DNA from: an uncultured delta proteobacterium
GTDB lineage: Bacteria; Myxococcota; Myxococcia; Myxococcales; Myxococcaceae
Assembly: GCA_963771175.1 (NCBI GenBank)
Contig: CAVYSY010000054.1
Location: 125,838-189,837 of the forward strand
Direction of reading: 5' to 3'
DNA length: 64,000 nt
A model generated the notes under the pieces. That model was not told the origin of the DNA. It did no database searches and was given only the letters and a program-made list of their open reading frames with translations. This document shows, one piece after another, positions 9,867-22,336 of the stretch; the first letter of the stretch is position 1, and each line of letters opens with the position of its first letter. The translations under genes and the position numbers were made by a program.

Positions 9867-12323
9867 TCAGGCGGGCTCGAACGGCAGCTCGACGATGAAG
9901 AGGGCTCCGGCTCCCGGCTGGCTCTCGACGTGGATGTCGCCCCCGAGCGCTTGGACGATGGCTCGGGAGATGTAGAGGCCCAGCCCCAACCCGCCGTACT
10001 GGCGGGTGGAGACCGCCCGCTCGAAACGCCCGAAGATGCGCTCGCGGTCCTTGGCGGCGATTCCGATGCCATGGTCCCGGATGCTCCAGCGCGCCCGCCC
10101 TCCGGATGAGCCGACGTGCAGCTCCACCGGTTTGCCCATGCCATACTTCAGCGCGTTGGTCGTGAGGTTGGTGAGGACCTGATCCAGGCGTGTCCGGTCC
10201 CAGTGCCCGACGGTGGGCCCCTCGTTGGTGACGAGGAGCTGGCAGCCGGCGGTGCTGGCCTGCTCGGAGAAGCGCTCGATCAGCTCCCGCGTCAGCTCCA
10301 CCAGGTCCACCTCCTCCAGTTGCAGGCGGAGCCGGCCGGCGGTGAGGCGGGAGACATCGAGCAGGTCATCGACGAGCTGGGACAGGCGCTTCACCTGTCC
10401 GAGCGCCTTGTCCACCTTCGGGATCAGGTGGGTGGCGGCTCCTCCCTCGCGGGTGGCGGCCAGCGCGCGCTGGAGCGTCTGCAGGTGCAGGGACAGGGGC
10501 GTGAGGGGGGTGTGTAGCTCGTGGGAGGCCACGGAGAGGAACTCCTCTCGCAGGCGTACCGCCTCCTGGGACTGGCGGTAGAGCCGGGCGTTGTCCATGG
10601 CGACCGAGGCGCGTCGGGCGAGTTCCTCGGCGAGCGCCAGCTCGAGTGGGCCGTACTGGAAGCCCGGCGCGCCCGAGACTAGCAGCAGGGCCGCCAGCGT
10701 CTGCCCCGCACGGTGATGGGGAGGGCGATGGCGGTCCTCGTTCCGAGTCGTTGCAGCAACTCCGGGTACTCCGCATCGGAGTTATCGGTGTGGAACAGCG
10801 CCTGGGTGGCCTCGTCCCCGAGGAGTGGTCTGCCGGTGCTCAGCACGCGCGCGGTGGGCTGGAGCATGTTCCAACTCGGAGGGGGGTGCTTCGCCAGCTC
10901 GCGGAGCAGCTCCTGCCGGGCCGGGTCCTGGTGCACCTCGGCCGCGCGGTGGAGCAGGCCCTCGTCATCCACCCTGTCGATGACACACCACTGGCCGAGC
11001 CGGGGAATGGCCAGCCGTGCCACGCGCTCCAGGGTGCCCTTCTCGTCGAGCAGCTCCGCCAGTTGCTCGCTGACGTGGATGAGGAAACGCTGGGCGTCCT
11101 CGGCGCGCTGGCGCGCGGTGATGTCCACGAACGTCGTGACGAGGCCAATCCGCTTGCCTCCCTGGCGAATGGGGTAGGCCCAGCGCTCTGCCGGGAAGCT
11201 CGTGCCGTCCTTGCGCCAGATGACATCCCCCACGTTGTGGTGCTCGGCGCCGGTGTGCAGCGCCTGGAGGACGGGGCACTCGCTCCGGGGGAAGGGCGTG
11301 CCATCCGCATGGGAGTGGTGCCACTGCGTGTGCGCATCCTTGCCCAGCAGCTCGCTCGCGTCCTCGTAGCCGAGCATCTGGAGGGCGGAGCGGTTGACGA
11401 AGGTGCTGAGCCCGTCGAGGTTCACTCCGGTGATGCCCTCCGCGGTCGAGTCGAGCAGCAGTCGGATGCGGGACTCGCTCTCCTCGAGCTGGGTCTGGGT
11501 CGCGCAGAGGCGCTCGCCCATCTCGTCGAAGGCGCGCCCTACCACGGCGAGCTCGTCGTTCCCGGTGAGCCCACTGCGCGCGTCCCAGTCACGCGCGGCG
11601 AAGCGGCGGGCGGTGGTGACCAGCCGGTCCACCCGGCGGGTGAGGACGAAGTGGAAGAAGAGCCAGAGCAGCCCCGCGAGCACCGTGAGCAGGCCACTGC
11701 GCCGCAGCATGATCGCCCACGCCTGCGCCCGTGCCCGCGCCTTGAGGGCGGTGAGGTCCCGCTCGACGGTGAGCAGCCAGACCGTCGGGGGGGTGAGCTG
11801 CCCGGGGGTCGTCGGGCCCATCACCGGGTACCAGGCCACGATGGCCCGGTGGTCCGGGGTGACCTGGACGCTCGAGACGAGGTCCTCGCGGACCCGACGC
11901 AACCGCTGCTCCGCCTCACCGGGGAACAGCTCGGGGTGGAGCTACCCGGGCCTGCCTCCCTATCTCCACGCGCCGGAGCGAGGCGAACACCTGTCCGGTG
12001 TCGTCGATGAGCAGCGCCTTCTTCACGTGCGTATCCGCACCGAGGCCGGCGACCTCCTCCTGGACCCGCTCGGGCTCGCGCAGCCACAGGAGGATCTCCA
12101 GGTGGTCCTGTTTCTCGCCCATGAGTTGGGTGAGCGCCTGGATGGAGTCCTCCTCCACACGGCGGGAGGCGAGGCGCGAGTTCTGCTGCAGGTCGAGGAA
12201 GCCCACCGTGACCGCGAAGGCCAGCAACACCAGCGGGATGGTGATGCGCAGCGGGGGGAGCGGGGGCAGCCTGGGCGGGTTCCCCGGCTGGTTCCCGGCG
12301 CCGCTGCTCCGGGGATGTTTCAT
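9867..12323 (-). CDS. Membrane sensor histidine kinase (TM-HAMP-PAS-GAF-HisKA-HATPase), split by frameshifts near 11940 and 10700
   Basis: HAMP DELAVVGRAFDEM, PAS ...RKDGTSFP, GAF, H-box SHELHTPL, NALKYG, GGLGLGL across three consecutive ORFs. Confidence 0.82.
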
Positions 12324-13289
12324 TCACCGGCTCTCCTGGAGCGCCTCGAGGGGGCGCGCGTCCAGCATCCGCTCGGATTGCACCGGCTTTTGCATCAGCC
12401 CCTCCTTCAGCATGAAACGCTGGAGTTGCCGCGCCAACCCGATGAGAGGCGAGGAGGGCCCCCGTAGCATGATGAGATTCTCCTCCAGGGTGGTCAGCCT
12501 CAGCTTCTCCAACATGGAGGCGAACTCGGAGGGGCTCGTGCCGAGGCGAGGGCTCATCCGGGCCACCGCATCGGCCGGGTGCTCGTCCAGATAGCGCCGG
12601 GCCTGGAACCATCCCTGGAGCAGGTTCTCCACCTGCTCGGGGTTCTTCTCGAGGACTTCCTCGCGCACCACCAGCATGTCCACGATCTCTCCGGGGAGCT
12701 GGCTGCTGTCGAAGAGCTCATGGGCTCCCGCGGCGCGCAGCTCGTCCACGAAGGGCTCGTAGGTGACCACGGCATCCACCTGTCCAGACTCATAGGCGCG
12801 CAGTTGCTGGTCGACGGGGGTCCGGACGATCTGGATGTCCGAGGGCTGGAGCCCCGCCAGCTCCAGGGCCCGGCCGAGCACGTAGATGCTCACCACCAGG
12901 TCTTCCACCGCCACCCGCTTGCCCCGGAGATCCTCCAGCCGCCGCACCTCCGGACGCGCGACGATGGCATCCGCGCCTTGCGAATAGTCGACGATGAGCA
13001 CCACCCGTGGCTCGAGGCCCTGTTGCTGGAGCTGGAGGGCGATATCGAACGTGACGAACACCGCATCGAGCATCCCATTGCGGAACTCGCGGCTGGCCCT
13101 GCCCAGGGTGGTGTACTCCACCAGGCGGATCGAGCCGTCGTCGATGTAGCCGAGGTCCCGCGCGAGGAAGATGGGCTCGCTTCCCGGCCAGAGGAGGGTG
13201 CCAACGCGCAGGGGCTCCTTCTCCTCCTGAAGGCAGGCCGGTATGGCGAGGAGCAGGAGCAGACTGAACACCCGGGTGAGCTTTTGCAC
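12324..13289 (-). CDS. NMT1/SsuA-like substrate-binding lipoprotein
   Basis: Lipobox IPAC; SQGADAIVA, DLRGKRV, DAVVTYEP, PGEIVD motifs; stop abuts the kinase ATG. Confidence 0.85.
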   Translation of the reverse strand: MQKLTRVFSLLLLLAIPACLQEEKEPLRVGTLLWPGSEPIFLARDLGYIDDGSIRLVEYTTLGRASREFRNGMLDAVFVTFDIALQLQQQGLEPRVVLIVDYSQGADAIVARPEVRRLEDLRGKRVAVEDLVVSIYVLGRALELAGLQPSDIQIVRTPVDQQLRAYESGQVDAVVTYEPFVDELRAAGAHELFDSSQLPGEIVDMLVVREEVLEKNPEQVENLLQGWFQARRYLDEHPADAVARMSPRLGTSPSEFASMLEKLRLTTLEENLIMLRGPSSPLIGLARQLQRFMLKEGLMQKPVQSERMLDARPLEALQESR

Positions 13290-13427
13290 GGACCGTCTTC
13301 CTGTGGCGCCTCATCGAACGCTTGGGACGTGGCGGGGCGACAGCAAGCCGGAGCGGGCGCTTCGGGAAGCGGTATCCTGGACGGATGCTCCCGGTTTACG
13401 CTGCCGCGCGTGGCGCGCACCCTTCTC

Positions 13428-13867
13428 ATGCTCGAGGAGTTCCTCCCCTACCGGCTCTCGCTCGCGTCGAACGCGGTGAGCCAGGTGATCGCCCAGGCCT
13501 ACGAGGATCGCTTCGACCTGAAGATGGTCGAGTGGCGCGTGCTCTCGGTGCTCGCCGAGGCCGGTGAGTCGACCCAGCAGACGCTCGTCGGGCTGACGAA
13601 GATGGACAAGGTCTCGGTCAGCCGCGCCGCGCAGGCGCTCGAGAAGAAGAAGCTGCTCCGCCGCCGCACGAGCGACAAGGACGCCCGCTCGCTCCACCTC
13701 TCGCTCACCGCCGAAGGGCTGGTCGCTCTACGAGCGGGTGGTCCCCGCGGCGCGCGCGCTCGAGCACGAGGTGCTCGAGGGCCTCGGCGTCGAAGGAAAT
13801 CGCCGAGCTCAAGGCCGTGCTCCGCAAGCTCGAGGCGGCCGCCGAGCGGGTGCTCTCCCGCCGCTGA
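13428..13867 (+). CDS. MarR-family transcriptional regulator (frameshifted)
   Basis: FLPYRL...EWRVL...MDKVSVSRA...DARSLHLSLTAEG; C-terminus continues in shifted frames to TGA 13865-13867. Confidence 0.8.
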
Positions 13868-13919
13868 TCGTTCGCGGCCGTACACCGCCCGTCCGCGCCG
13901 CACCGCGGCGTTGCGGAAT

Positions 13920-13961
13920 TGGTTACGAAAGTTACCATCGCTTTGGTAACAATCGTTACCA
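13920..13961. promoter_or_regulatory. Tandem palindromic operator boxes upstream of hppD
   Basis: TGGTTAC-gaaa-GTTACCA (13920-13937) and perfect TGGTAAC-aatc-GTTACCA (13944-13961), between marR and hppD. Confidence 0.7.
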
Positions 13962-14008
13962 TCGTTCGCCAAGCGGCGCTCACGCAGCGCCCGAAGGAGT
14001 CGCCGTCA

Positions 14009-15091
14009 ATGAGCACCGCGGAGCAGAACCCGCTCGGGTTGGACGGTTTCGAGTTCGTCGAGTTCACCTCGCCCCGAGCCGGAGAAGATGATCGACCTGT
14101 TCGAGCGGCTCGGCTTCACCGCCTACGCGATGCACCCGACGAAGGACGTCGTCCGCTTCAAGCAGGGCGGCATCAACCTGCTGGTGAACCGCGAGCCGAC
14201 CGGGCCAGGCGGCCGAGTTCCGCAAGGCTGCACGGGCCCTCGGCCAACGGCATGGCGTTCCGCGTCGCCGACGCCGAAGAAGGCCTACGAGCTGCGCGCT
14301 CGAGCGCGGCGCGCAGGCCGGTCGGACCCGAAGCGGGCGCGCTCGGCGACAGCTACGCGATCGCAGGGCATCGGCGGCAGCCTGCTCTATCTCGTCGACC
14401 GTACGGCGCGAAGGGCTCGCTCTACGACGGCTGGGACGCAGATCCCGGGCGCGGACGAGGCGGAGGCGAAGAACTCGGTCGGCCTCGACCTGCTCGACCA
14501 CCTCACCCACAACGTCCGCCGCGGCCAGATGCGCACCTGGTCGAGCTTCTACAACACGCGTCTTCGGCTTCGAGGAGCAGAAGTACTTCGACATCAAGGG
14601 CCAGGCGACCGGCCTGTTCTCGCAGGCGATGATCGCGCCCGACCGCGCCATCCGCATCCCGCTCAACGAGAGCCAGGACGACAAGTCGCAGATCGAGGAG
14701 TTCCTCCGCCAGTACAACGGCGAGGGCATCCAGCACCTCGCGCTGACCACCGACGACATCTACGCGACGGTCGAGAAGCATGCGGGCGCGCGGCGTCGAT
14801 CTTCCAGGACACGATCGAGACCTACTACGAGCTGGTCGACAAGCGCGTGCCCGGCCACGGCGAGGACGTGGCGCGGATGAAGGCAGAACCGCATCCTGAT
14901 CGACGGCAGCAAGGAGGAGGGCCTCCTGCTCCAGATCTTCACCGAGAACCTCTTCGGCCCGATCTTCTTCGAGATCATCCAGCGCAAGGGCAACGAGGGC
15001 TTCGGCAACGGGAACTTCCAGGCGCTGTTCGAGTCGATCGAGCTCGATCAGATCCGCCGCGGCGTCATCAAGGTGATCGACCAAGAAGTAG
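14009..15091 (+). CDS. hppD: 4-hydroxyphenylpyruvate dioxygenase (multiple frameshifts)
   Basis: [49 protein letters not shown]...[21 protein letters not shown] in alternating frames. Confidence 0.88.
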
Positions 15092-15123
15092 CCGTCCGGT
15101 AGCGCAACTCGGGGGAGCACGCG

Positions 15124-16449
15124 ATGACCGGGTACATGCTCGGGATTCGGCAACGAGTTCGCGACCGAGGCCGTCGCCGGCGCGCTTCCGCGAGGGACAG
15201 AACTCGCCGCAGCGGGTTCCGTACGGCCTCTACGCCGAGCAGCTCTCGGGCACGGCGTTCACCGCGCCGCGGCGCGAGAACCGGCGGAGCTGGCTCTACC
15301 GGCTCCGCCCGAGCGCGAGCCACGCCCCGTTCCGCCCGCGTCCCGGAGGGCCTGCTGCGCAGCGGGCCCGTTCACCGAGGCGCCCGCCGACGCCCGAACC
15401 GGCTGCGCTGGAGCCCGCTGCCGCTGCCCGTCCGAGCCGACCGACTTCGTCGAGGGGCTCATCACCTTCGGCGGGAACGGCTCGCCGGCGCATCGGCGCG
15501 GGCGATCGGGCATCCACCTGTACGCTCGCCAACCGGTCGATGACCGACGCGGCGTTCTTCAACGCCGACGGCGAGCTGCTGCTCGTGCCGCAGGCGGGGC
15601 GGCTCGCGCTCGTGCACCGAGCTCGGGCGTGCTCGGGCTCGCGCCGGGCGAGATCGGCGGTCGTCCCGCGCGGCGTGCGCTTCCGGGTCGAGCTGCTCGA
15701 CGGCGCGGCGGTCGGCTACGTCTGCGAGAACTACGGCGCCGCTGTTCCGGCTGCCCGAGCTCGGGCCGATCGGCTCCAACGGGCTCGCCAACCCGCGCGA
15801 CTTCCTCACGCCGGTCGCCGCGTTCGAGGACGTGGAGCGCCCGACGCGGCATCATCCAGAAGTTCCAGGGGCAGGCTCTGGGAGCACCGAGCATCGACCA
15901 CTCGCCGCTCGACGTGGTCGCGTGGCACGGCAACCTCGCGCCGTACAAGTACGACCTCGCGCGCTTCAACACGATCGGCACGGTGAGCTTCGATCACCCG
16001 GATCCGTCGATCTTCACGGTGCTCACCTCGCCGAGCGACATCGCCGGGCATCGCCAACTGCGACTTCGTCATCTTCCCGCCGCGCTGGATGGTGGCCGAG
16101 AACACCTTCCGGCCGCCCTGGTTCCACCGCAACGTGATGAGCGAGTTCATGGGCCTGGTGCACGGGCGCGTACGACGCGAAGGCCGAGGGCTTCGCTGCC
16201 CGGCGGCGCGTCGCTGCACAACTGCATGAGCGGCCACGGCCCGGACCGGCGAGACCTACGAGCGCGCGGTCGTCCGCCGAGCTCGCGCCGCAGAAGATCA
16301 CCAACACGCTCGCGTTCATGTTCGAGACCCGCTGGGTGATTTCCCCGACGCGCTTCGCGATGGAGACGCCCGCCCTGCAGCGCGACTACGACGCCTGCTG
16401 GTCGGATTTTCCGAAGGCCCGGTTGCCCATGACGGAAGGGAAGCGGTGA
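15124..16449 (+). CDS. hmgA: Homogentisate 1,2-dioxygenase (multiple frameshifts)
   Basis: [74 protein letters not shown] overlaps next GTG. Confidence 0.88.
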
Positions 16450-17459
16450 AGCTCGCCTCGTTGAAGTCGGGAAGGGATGGTCGGCTGGTCGTCGTGTCGG
16501 ACGACCTGACCGGGTACACGGATGCCACGGCCATCGCGCCGACGCTGCAGCGTGCGCTCGACGAGTGGGACCGGTGCGGCCCGCGCCTGCGGGAGTTGTC
16601 CGACGCGCTCGAGCGTGGCCAGGCCCCGCGCCAGCCCTTCGTCGAGGCGGAGTGCGCCTCCCCGTTGCCTCGCGCCTACCAGTGGGCGGATGGCTCGGCG
16701 TACGTGAACCACGTCGCGCTGGTCCGCAAGGCCCGCAAGGCGGAGATGCCCGAGAGCTTCTGGACCGACCCGCTCATGTACCAGGGCGGCTCCGACATCT
16801 TCCTCGCGCCGCACGAGCCCATCCCCCTCGCGGACGAGGCCTGGGGCTGTGACCTGGAAGGCGAGGTCGCGGTCATCACCGGAGACGTGCGCCAGGGCGC
16901 CACGCGCGAGGAGGCGCTGGCGGCGATCCGGCTCGTGCTGCTGGTGAACGACGTGTCGCTGCGCAACCTCATCCCCGGGGAGCTCGCGAAGGGGTTCGGG
17001 TTCTTCCAATCCAAGCCCTCCTCCGCCTTCTCTCCAGTGGCGGTGACGCCGGAGTCGCTCGGCGGCGCGTGGCGCGAGGGCAAGCTGCACCTGCCCCTGC
17101 GCGTGTCGCTGAATGGAGAGCCCTTCGGGCGGGCGAACGCGGGCGTGGACATGACCTTCGACTTCGGGACGCTCGTCGCGCACGCCGCGAAGACGCGCGA
17201 CCTGGGCGCGGGCACCATCATCGGCTCCGGCACCGTGTCCAACCGTGACTCCGAGGGCGGCCCGGGCAAGCCCATCCGCGACGGCGGGCTCGGCTACTCC
17301 TGCCTCGCGGAGCTCCGCACCGTCGAGACCCTCCTGTCCGGTGCGCCGAAGACGCCCTTCCTCCGCCGCGGGGACCGGGTGCGTATCGAGATGTTCGATG
17401 AGGCGGGCCGCTCCATCTTCGGCTCCATCGAGCAGGTCGTCGCGGAGCCGCGTCGGTGA
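16446..17459 (+). CDS. Fumarylacetoacetate hydrolase family protein
   Basis: PLPRAYQWADGSAY, MYQGGSD, DLEGE, NDVSLR, GSGTVSN; coupled to hmgA. Confidence 0.9.
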   Translation: MKLASLKSGRDGRLVVVSDDLTGYTDATAIAPTLQRALDEWDRCGPRLRELSDALERGQAPRQPFVEAECASPLPRAYQWADGSAYVNHVALVRKARKAEMPESFWTDPLMYQGGSDIFLAPHEPIPLADEAWGCDLEGEVAVITGDVRQGATREEALAAIRLVLLVNDVSLRNLIPGELAKGFGFFQSKPSSAFSPVAVTPESLGGAWREGKLHLPLRVSLNGEPFGRANAGVDMTFDFGTLVAHAAKTRDLGAGTIIGSGTVSNRDSEGGPGKPIRDGGLGYSCLAELRTVETLLSGAPKTPFLRRGDRVRIEMFDEAGRSIFGSIEQVVAEPRR

Positions 17460-17821
17460 GTGAAGGGCGCGTGCGCGTCTATGCGACGCCACCGGGGGTG
17501 ACGCTCTGCACGCTCGACGCGCTCGCGTCCCCCGGGGCGCGCAACTTCGTGCTGCAGATCGACGAGGCTTTCTTCCACGGCTTCCTGGTGCGCGAGGGCG
17601 AGCAGGTCCACGGATACGTGGACCGCTGCCCCCATCAGGGGTTGCCGCTCGCGCAGCAGCTCGACCACTACCTGACGCCCGACGGCTCGCTCATCGCGTG
17701 CTCCTGGCACGGGGCGCTGTTCCGTCCGAACGACGGTCTGTGCGTGGGCGGCCCCTGCTCCGGACAGCGGCTGACGCCCTGGCCGGTGACGGTCGAGAAT
17801 GGCCTGGTGAAGACGGCCTGA
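17456..17821 (+). CDS. Rieske 2Fe-2S ferredoxin
   Basis: CPH...CSWHG Rieske ligands; GTGA overlap with the upstream gene. Confidence 0.88.
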   Translation: MSEGRVRVYATPPGVTLCTLDALASPGARNFVLQIDEAFFHGFLVREGEQVHGYVDRCPHQGLPLAQQLDHYLTPDGSLIACSWHGALFRPNDGLCVGGPCSGQRLTPWPVTVENGLVKTA

Positions 17822-17832
17822 GCGGCGCCGGC

Positions 17833-18159
17833 TCAGCCCGGTGGGGGCTGGGCCGCGGGGGCGGGGTGACGGACGGCCCGACGCAGCTCGTCTCCTTCGA
17901 GCATCACCTCGTCCACGTAGCACCAGCCCCAGTCCTCTCCCGGCTCGAACGAGCGGATGATGGGATGGCCCGTGGCGTGGAAGTGCCTCGTCGCATGGCG
18001 GTTGGGGGACGAGTCACAGCAGCCCACATGCCCGCACTCCAGGCACAGGCGCAGGTGGACCCACCCCGCTCCGATTCGCAGGCAGTCCTCGCACCCGTCC
18101 GTGGTGCTCGGGCGGACGTCGCGGATGGCATCCTGGTGGGTGCAGCCAGAGGTGTCCAT
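17833..18159 (-). CDS. UBP-type zinc finger protein
   Basis: CTH...CEDC...HLRLCLECGHVGCCDSS...HATRH...WGWCYVD. Confidence 0.88.
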   Translation of the reverse strand: MDTSGCTHQDAIRDVRPSTTDGCEDCLRIGAGWVHLRLCLECGHVGCCDSSPNRHATRHFHATGHPIIRSFEPGEDWGWCYVDEVMLEGDELRRAVRHPAPAAQPPPG

Positions 18160-18423
18160 GATGGCGGCTCCTTTCCGTCCTCACGGTAGGTACTCGCCTG
18201 GGGTCATGGGGAGAGGCGCAGCCCGAGCAGTGAGCGACCCGCCGGCCCTTGCTCGCCGAGCAGTGTGGCGTGCCTCATTGAGCTGTGAGGTTGAGTTTAC
18301 CCACTCTGGGTGCCTGAAGACTCGGCGAGCAAGCCCGAAACGGGGCTCTCGCGCTCTGCGGTGCCCGCCGGGTTTCAGGCATACTCGTGCGATAGGGGCC
18401 CACCCGGGGAGAGCGCCCTTCGC

Positions 18424-20327
18424 ATGCCGAGTACGTCCACCAGTGTCGCGGAAGTGCGAAGAGCCGGGAGGCGGGAGTCTCCATGGTGGGGTGCATCGCG
18501 TGCGGGCGTATCGTCCTGGATGCTGGCGCGCCTGGACGCGTTCATCTCCGAGCCCCTACGCCAGTCCTCCGCCGAGGAGCTCAACCGCTGCCGGATGCTG
18601 GTGGGCGCCAACCTCATCCTGCTGCTGATGTACGTGCTGTTCCTGCTCTACGCGCCGCGGCTGCCGTCGCCCTGGTCGCTGGGCAGCATCGCCGTGGTGA
18701 GCGTGGTGGGCTTCATGGGCTCGCTGGGGATGCTGCGCCGGGCGAGCTCCTCGCGCGGCCCGGCGGTGCTGCTGTGCACCGTCTTCACGGTGGGATTCCT
18801 GGGCTTCGCGGTGAGCTCGCACGATGTGAACGCGGCCGTGCACCCCGTGTGCGTGCTGATTCCCGTGGCGTTCGTCTACCTGCTGGGAGCCAAGGGGAGC
18901 CTGCCCTTCGTCCTGGTGGTCAGCCTGTGCGTGGGCGTGCTGCTGCCGCTGTATTACGGCTTGCTGGTGGGCGACTGGCTGCGCTGCATCTTCACCGCCA
19001 TCGTCCTGGTGGGGGTCTGGGCGCTGAGCTGGTTGCTGCTCGCCTCCAGGGACCAGACGAGCGCGGCGCTCGAGCGGGCGCTGCGCACGCTGCGCGACAG
19101 CGAGCGCAAGCTGATGAGCCTGCTGGAGAACACCGAGGACATCGTCTGCTCGTTGGATGCCGAGGGGCGGCTCATCGCGGCCAACCCGGCGCTCAAGGAG
19201 GCCTACTTCGAGATCATCGGGGCGCACGTGCAGGCCGGGGAGCCGCTCTTCCCGGAGGTTGCCCCCGAGTCCCTGCGTCGGCGCTGGGACGCGTGCGCCC
19301 GGCAGGTGCTCACGGGACGGCGGGTGCGCTTCGAGGCCTCGCCCTCGAAGCTGAGGCAGCCGCGGGTGCTGGACATCTCCGTCAACCCGGTCTGCGACAC
19401 GGATGGCCGCGTGGTGGGGATGACCGTCTTCGGGCGGGACATCACCGACCGCAAGGACGCCGAGGCGCGGCTGGGGGAGATGCACCGCAGCCTGCTGGAC
19501 GTGTCGCGCCAGGCGGGCATGGCGGAGATGGCCACCGGGGTGCTGCACAACGTGGGCAACGCGCTCAACAGCGTGAACGTGTCGGTCAACCTCCTGGCCG
19601 AGCGGCTCCAGCAGTCGCGGGTGCAGGGGCTGCGCAAGGCCACGAGCCTGCTGGCCGAGCATGCCGCCAACCTCGCCACCTTCCTCGAGGGGGATGTGCG
19701 GGGCAGGCAGCTACCGTCCTACCTCCAGGCGCTCTCGGGGCAGCTCGCCACCGAGCGCGACGAGTTGTTGGAGGAGGTGTACACGCTGCAGAAGAGCGTG
19801 GAGCACATCAAGTCCGTGGTGAGCATGCAGCAGGCGCACGCGCGCTTCTCGGGAATGGTGGAGCGGCTGGAGGTGACGCCGCTGCTCGACGACGCGCTGC
19901 GGTTGCACTCCGAGTCCTTCGCGCGCCTGGGCATCGAGGTGCGGCGCGAGTACAACGAGGTGCCCCTGGTGCGATTGGATCGGCACAAGCTGCTGCAGAT
20001 TCTGCTCAACCTGCTGAGCAACGCGCGCCACGCTCTGCTGGAGAGCGGGCGGCCGGACAAACTCCTCACCATCCGGGTGGAGAGCACCGTCACCCAGCGG
20101 CTGCGCATCACCGTCGCGGATAATGGGGTAGGCATCGCGCAGGAGGACGCGCCGCGCCTGTTCACCCAGGGCTTCACGACGAAGAAGGACGGACACGGGT
20201 TCGGTTTGCACATCAGTGCACTGGCAGCGGCGGAGATGGATGCGTTCCTCTCCTGCACGAGCGAAGGCCGCGGCCAGGGTGCTACGTTTACGATTGATCT
20301 GCCCGTCGCGGGCGAGGAGAGCAGGGC

Positions 20328-20331
<4 letters not shown>
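18424..20331 (+). CDS. Membrane PAS sensor histidine kinase
   Basis: About 5-6 TMs, PAS/PAC (...GRDITDRK), H-box [20 protein letters not shown]...GHGFGL; start uncertain (18310-18520). Confidence 0.85.
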
Positions 20332-21680
<1,349 letters not shown>

Positions 21681-21689
21681 CGAGGGCGC

Positions 21690-22185
21690 ATGACGCTCTC
21701 CATCCGTCCCGCCAGACCCGAGGACGCGCCCGCGCTGGGCCGCATGGGCGCGGCGCTCGTCCGCCTGCACCACTCCTATGACTCCGAGCGTTTCATGACG
21801 CCCGGGGAGGACCTGGAGTCCGGCTACCGCTGGTGGCTGTCGCGGGAGCTGAAGCGGGAGGGGGCGGTGGTGCTGGTGGCCGAGCGGGACGGCGCGGTGG
21901 TGGGCTACGCGTACGCCACCGTGGAGGGGCACGACTGGAACGCGCTGCTCGACGAGCACGGCGAGCTGCATGACCTCTGGGTGGACGAGTCGGTGCGAGG
22001 CACGGGCGTGGGAGGGCTGCTCGCCGAGGAGCTGGTGCGGCGGCTCAAGGCCCAGGGCGTCCCTCGTGTCATCCTGATGGCGGCGTCGCGCAACGAGGCG
22101 GCGCGGCGGCTCTTCGAGCGGCTGGGCTGGCGCCCCACCATGGTGGAGATGACGCGCGAGGTGGACGGCTCCGACGGAGGAGTAG
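21690..22185 (+). CDS. GNAT acetyltransferase
   Basis: [34 protein letters not shown]; real stop probably TAG 22183-22185 after a frameshift (called ORF runs to 22370). Confidence 0.78.
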
Positions 22186-22336
22186 TCCTCGCGCTGTGCC
22201 GGGAAGTGGACGCTCCCGGGCGGTGGGTGGTGGGCGGACGACACGCTGCCCTGGAGTCGGAGACGAGCGACCCGGGCGTGCCCGTAGCGTCCCTCGCCCC
22301 GGGCAGCCCCCGCCCGGCTCGACGCGGAGGAGCGCC

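Noticed and set aside
14009..16449. Programmed frameshifting or phase variation in hppD/hmgA
   Set aside because: Too many indels, not at slippery or repeat tracts; similar indels occur across the window
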